Of a stretch of 64,000 nt of DNA, positions 62,953 through 64,000 are shown in pieces. This DNA is from Octopus sinensis (lineage: Eukaryota), in the NCBI RefSeq assembly GCF_006345805.1, contig NC_042997.1:206150001-206214000 (forward strand). The letters are read 5' to 3'. The notes under the pieces are model-generated. The model made no database searches. It had not been told where the DNA came from and worked only from the letters and a program-made list of their open reading frames with translations. Each line of letters opens with the position of its first letter. Position 1 is the stretch's first letter. The translations under genes were made by a program, and so were the position numbers.

Positions 62953-64000
62953 TCATCATCACTTAACGTCCACTTTCCATACTGGCATGGGTTGGATGGT
63001 TTGACTGAGGTCTGGAGAGCCAGCGACTGCACCCAGTTCCAATCTGATTTGGCAATGTTTCTACAGCTGGATGCCCTTCCTAATACCAACCACTCTGTGA
63101 GTGTAGTGGGTGCTTTTCACATGTCACTGGCACAAGAGCCATTCAGCAGGTACTGACATTAGTAACGATTGGTTGATGCCTTTTGCATGGGGGGCAGTTA
63201 TTCGGACCTGGCATCGACAACGTTTGGATGGTGCTTTTTACGTGCCACTGGCACGGGAGCCAGTCAGGCGAACCTGGAATCGACCAACTTTGGATGGTCC
63301 TTTATATGCTACTTGCATGGGAGCCAGCCAGGGGCACCGGCCCTAGCTATATTGCTTTTACTTGGCTCAACAGGTCTTCTCAAGCATATCATATCTCCCG
63401 ATGCATCAGGGGTATTCTTAACAGGGCTGGGCATGTGTGGTTGCCATCTCACTTTAGTTGCCGGGTCTCCTCAATCACAACACACCTCCAAAGGTCCCAG
63501 TCTCCTGTCATTGCCTGTGAGGCTTAATGTTTGAAAGTCATGCTTTATCGCCTCATCCCATGTCTTCCTGGGTCTACCTCTTCTACATGTTCCTTCTACA
63601 GGTAGGGAGTGGCACTTCTTCACAGTCTTCATTCATATATAACGCATGACCATACCAGCGCAGTTGTTTCTCTTGCACACCACATTTGAAGCTTCTTATG
63701 CCCAAATTTCCTTTCAGGGCGCTTACACTCTGTTGTGTATACACACTGACATTACACATCAAGCTATTCTTACTCTAGTCGCTACACCTCTGCTACAGAC
63801 TTGGTCACCTAGGTAGCAGAAGCTATTAACTACTTCTAGTGTTTCCCCTGGCATGTGTTGGAATCTGTTATTTGTCCCTCTTCAGTGGTCATTGCCACTG
63901 AGCATTTGCCACACACAAAAACTATCTTCCCATTTAACCTTCCTTTGCTATTTCCACACCTTTTATGTGTTCATAGCTTACACTGGGTACATTGTATGGT
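62953..64000 (-). mobile_element. RTE LINE 3' portion, runs off the window end
   Basis: The tail CATCATCACTTAACGTCCACTTTCCAT... is followed by homology to 14901-16000 with small deletions. Confidence 0.88.

Noticed and set aside
63110-63340. Repeat-spacer pattern resembling CRISPR (also at 1-200 and 3235-3480)
   Set aside because: These are degenerate modules inside RTE LINE 3' UTRs, present in every copy of the family.

Overview
Eukaryotic, repeat-rich, AT-rich DNA. The SINE/LINE repertoire resembles what I recall from Octopus/cephalopod genomes, but that is an inference. There are three zones. (1) 1-20.5 kb holds the last four coding exons (+ strand) of a PARP14-like mono-ADP-ribosyltransferase: a KH-like segment plus WWE domain, then a catalytic domain with an H-Y-I triad. 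Its introns are filled with RTE LINEs, Penelope-like fragments, SINEs and a full-length but decayed Tc1/mariner element with DD36E spacing. (2) 24-55.6 kb is a tandem array: about 2 kb of degenerate 32-bp units switch abruptly to about 29.5 kb (about 950 copies) of a homogeneous 31-bp satellite with higher-order periodicities of 403 bp, about 5.94 kb and about 8.58 kb. (3) 55.6-64 kb is a TE graveyard with a SINE, a TTAA-flanked non-autonomous DNA transposon, three R4/Dong-type RLE retrotransposon fragments, a palindrome-bearing insertion and an RTE LINE 3' end. I see no tRNA, rRNA or CRISPR. Most ORFs in the supplied track are TE debris or antisense/low-complexity artefacts. I cannot demonstrate a new biological system from sequence alone. 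The best leads are the DD36E transposon in a probable mollusc, the satellite's origin and higher-order structure, the atypical PARP catalytic domain, and the inverted repeats around the PARP exons. Exon, TIR, TSD and palindrome coordinates were counted base by base; TE and array boundaries are approximate.
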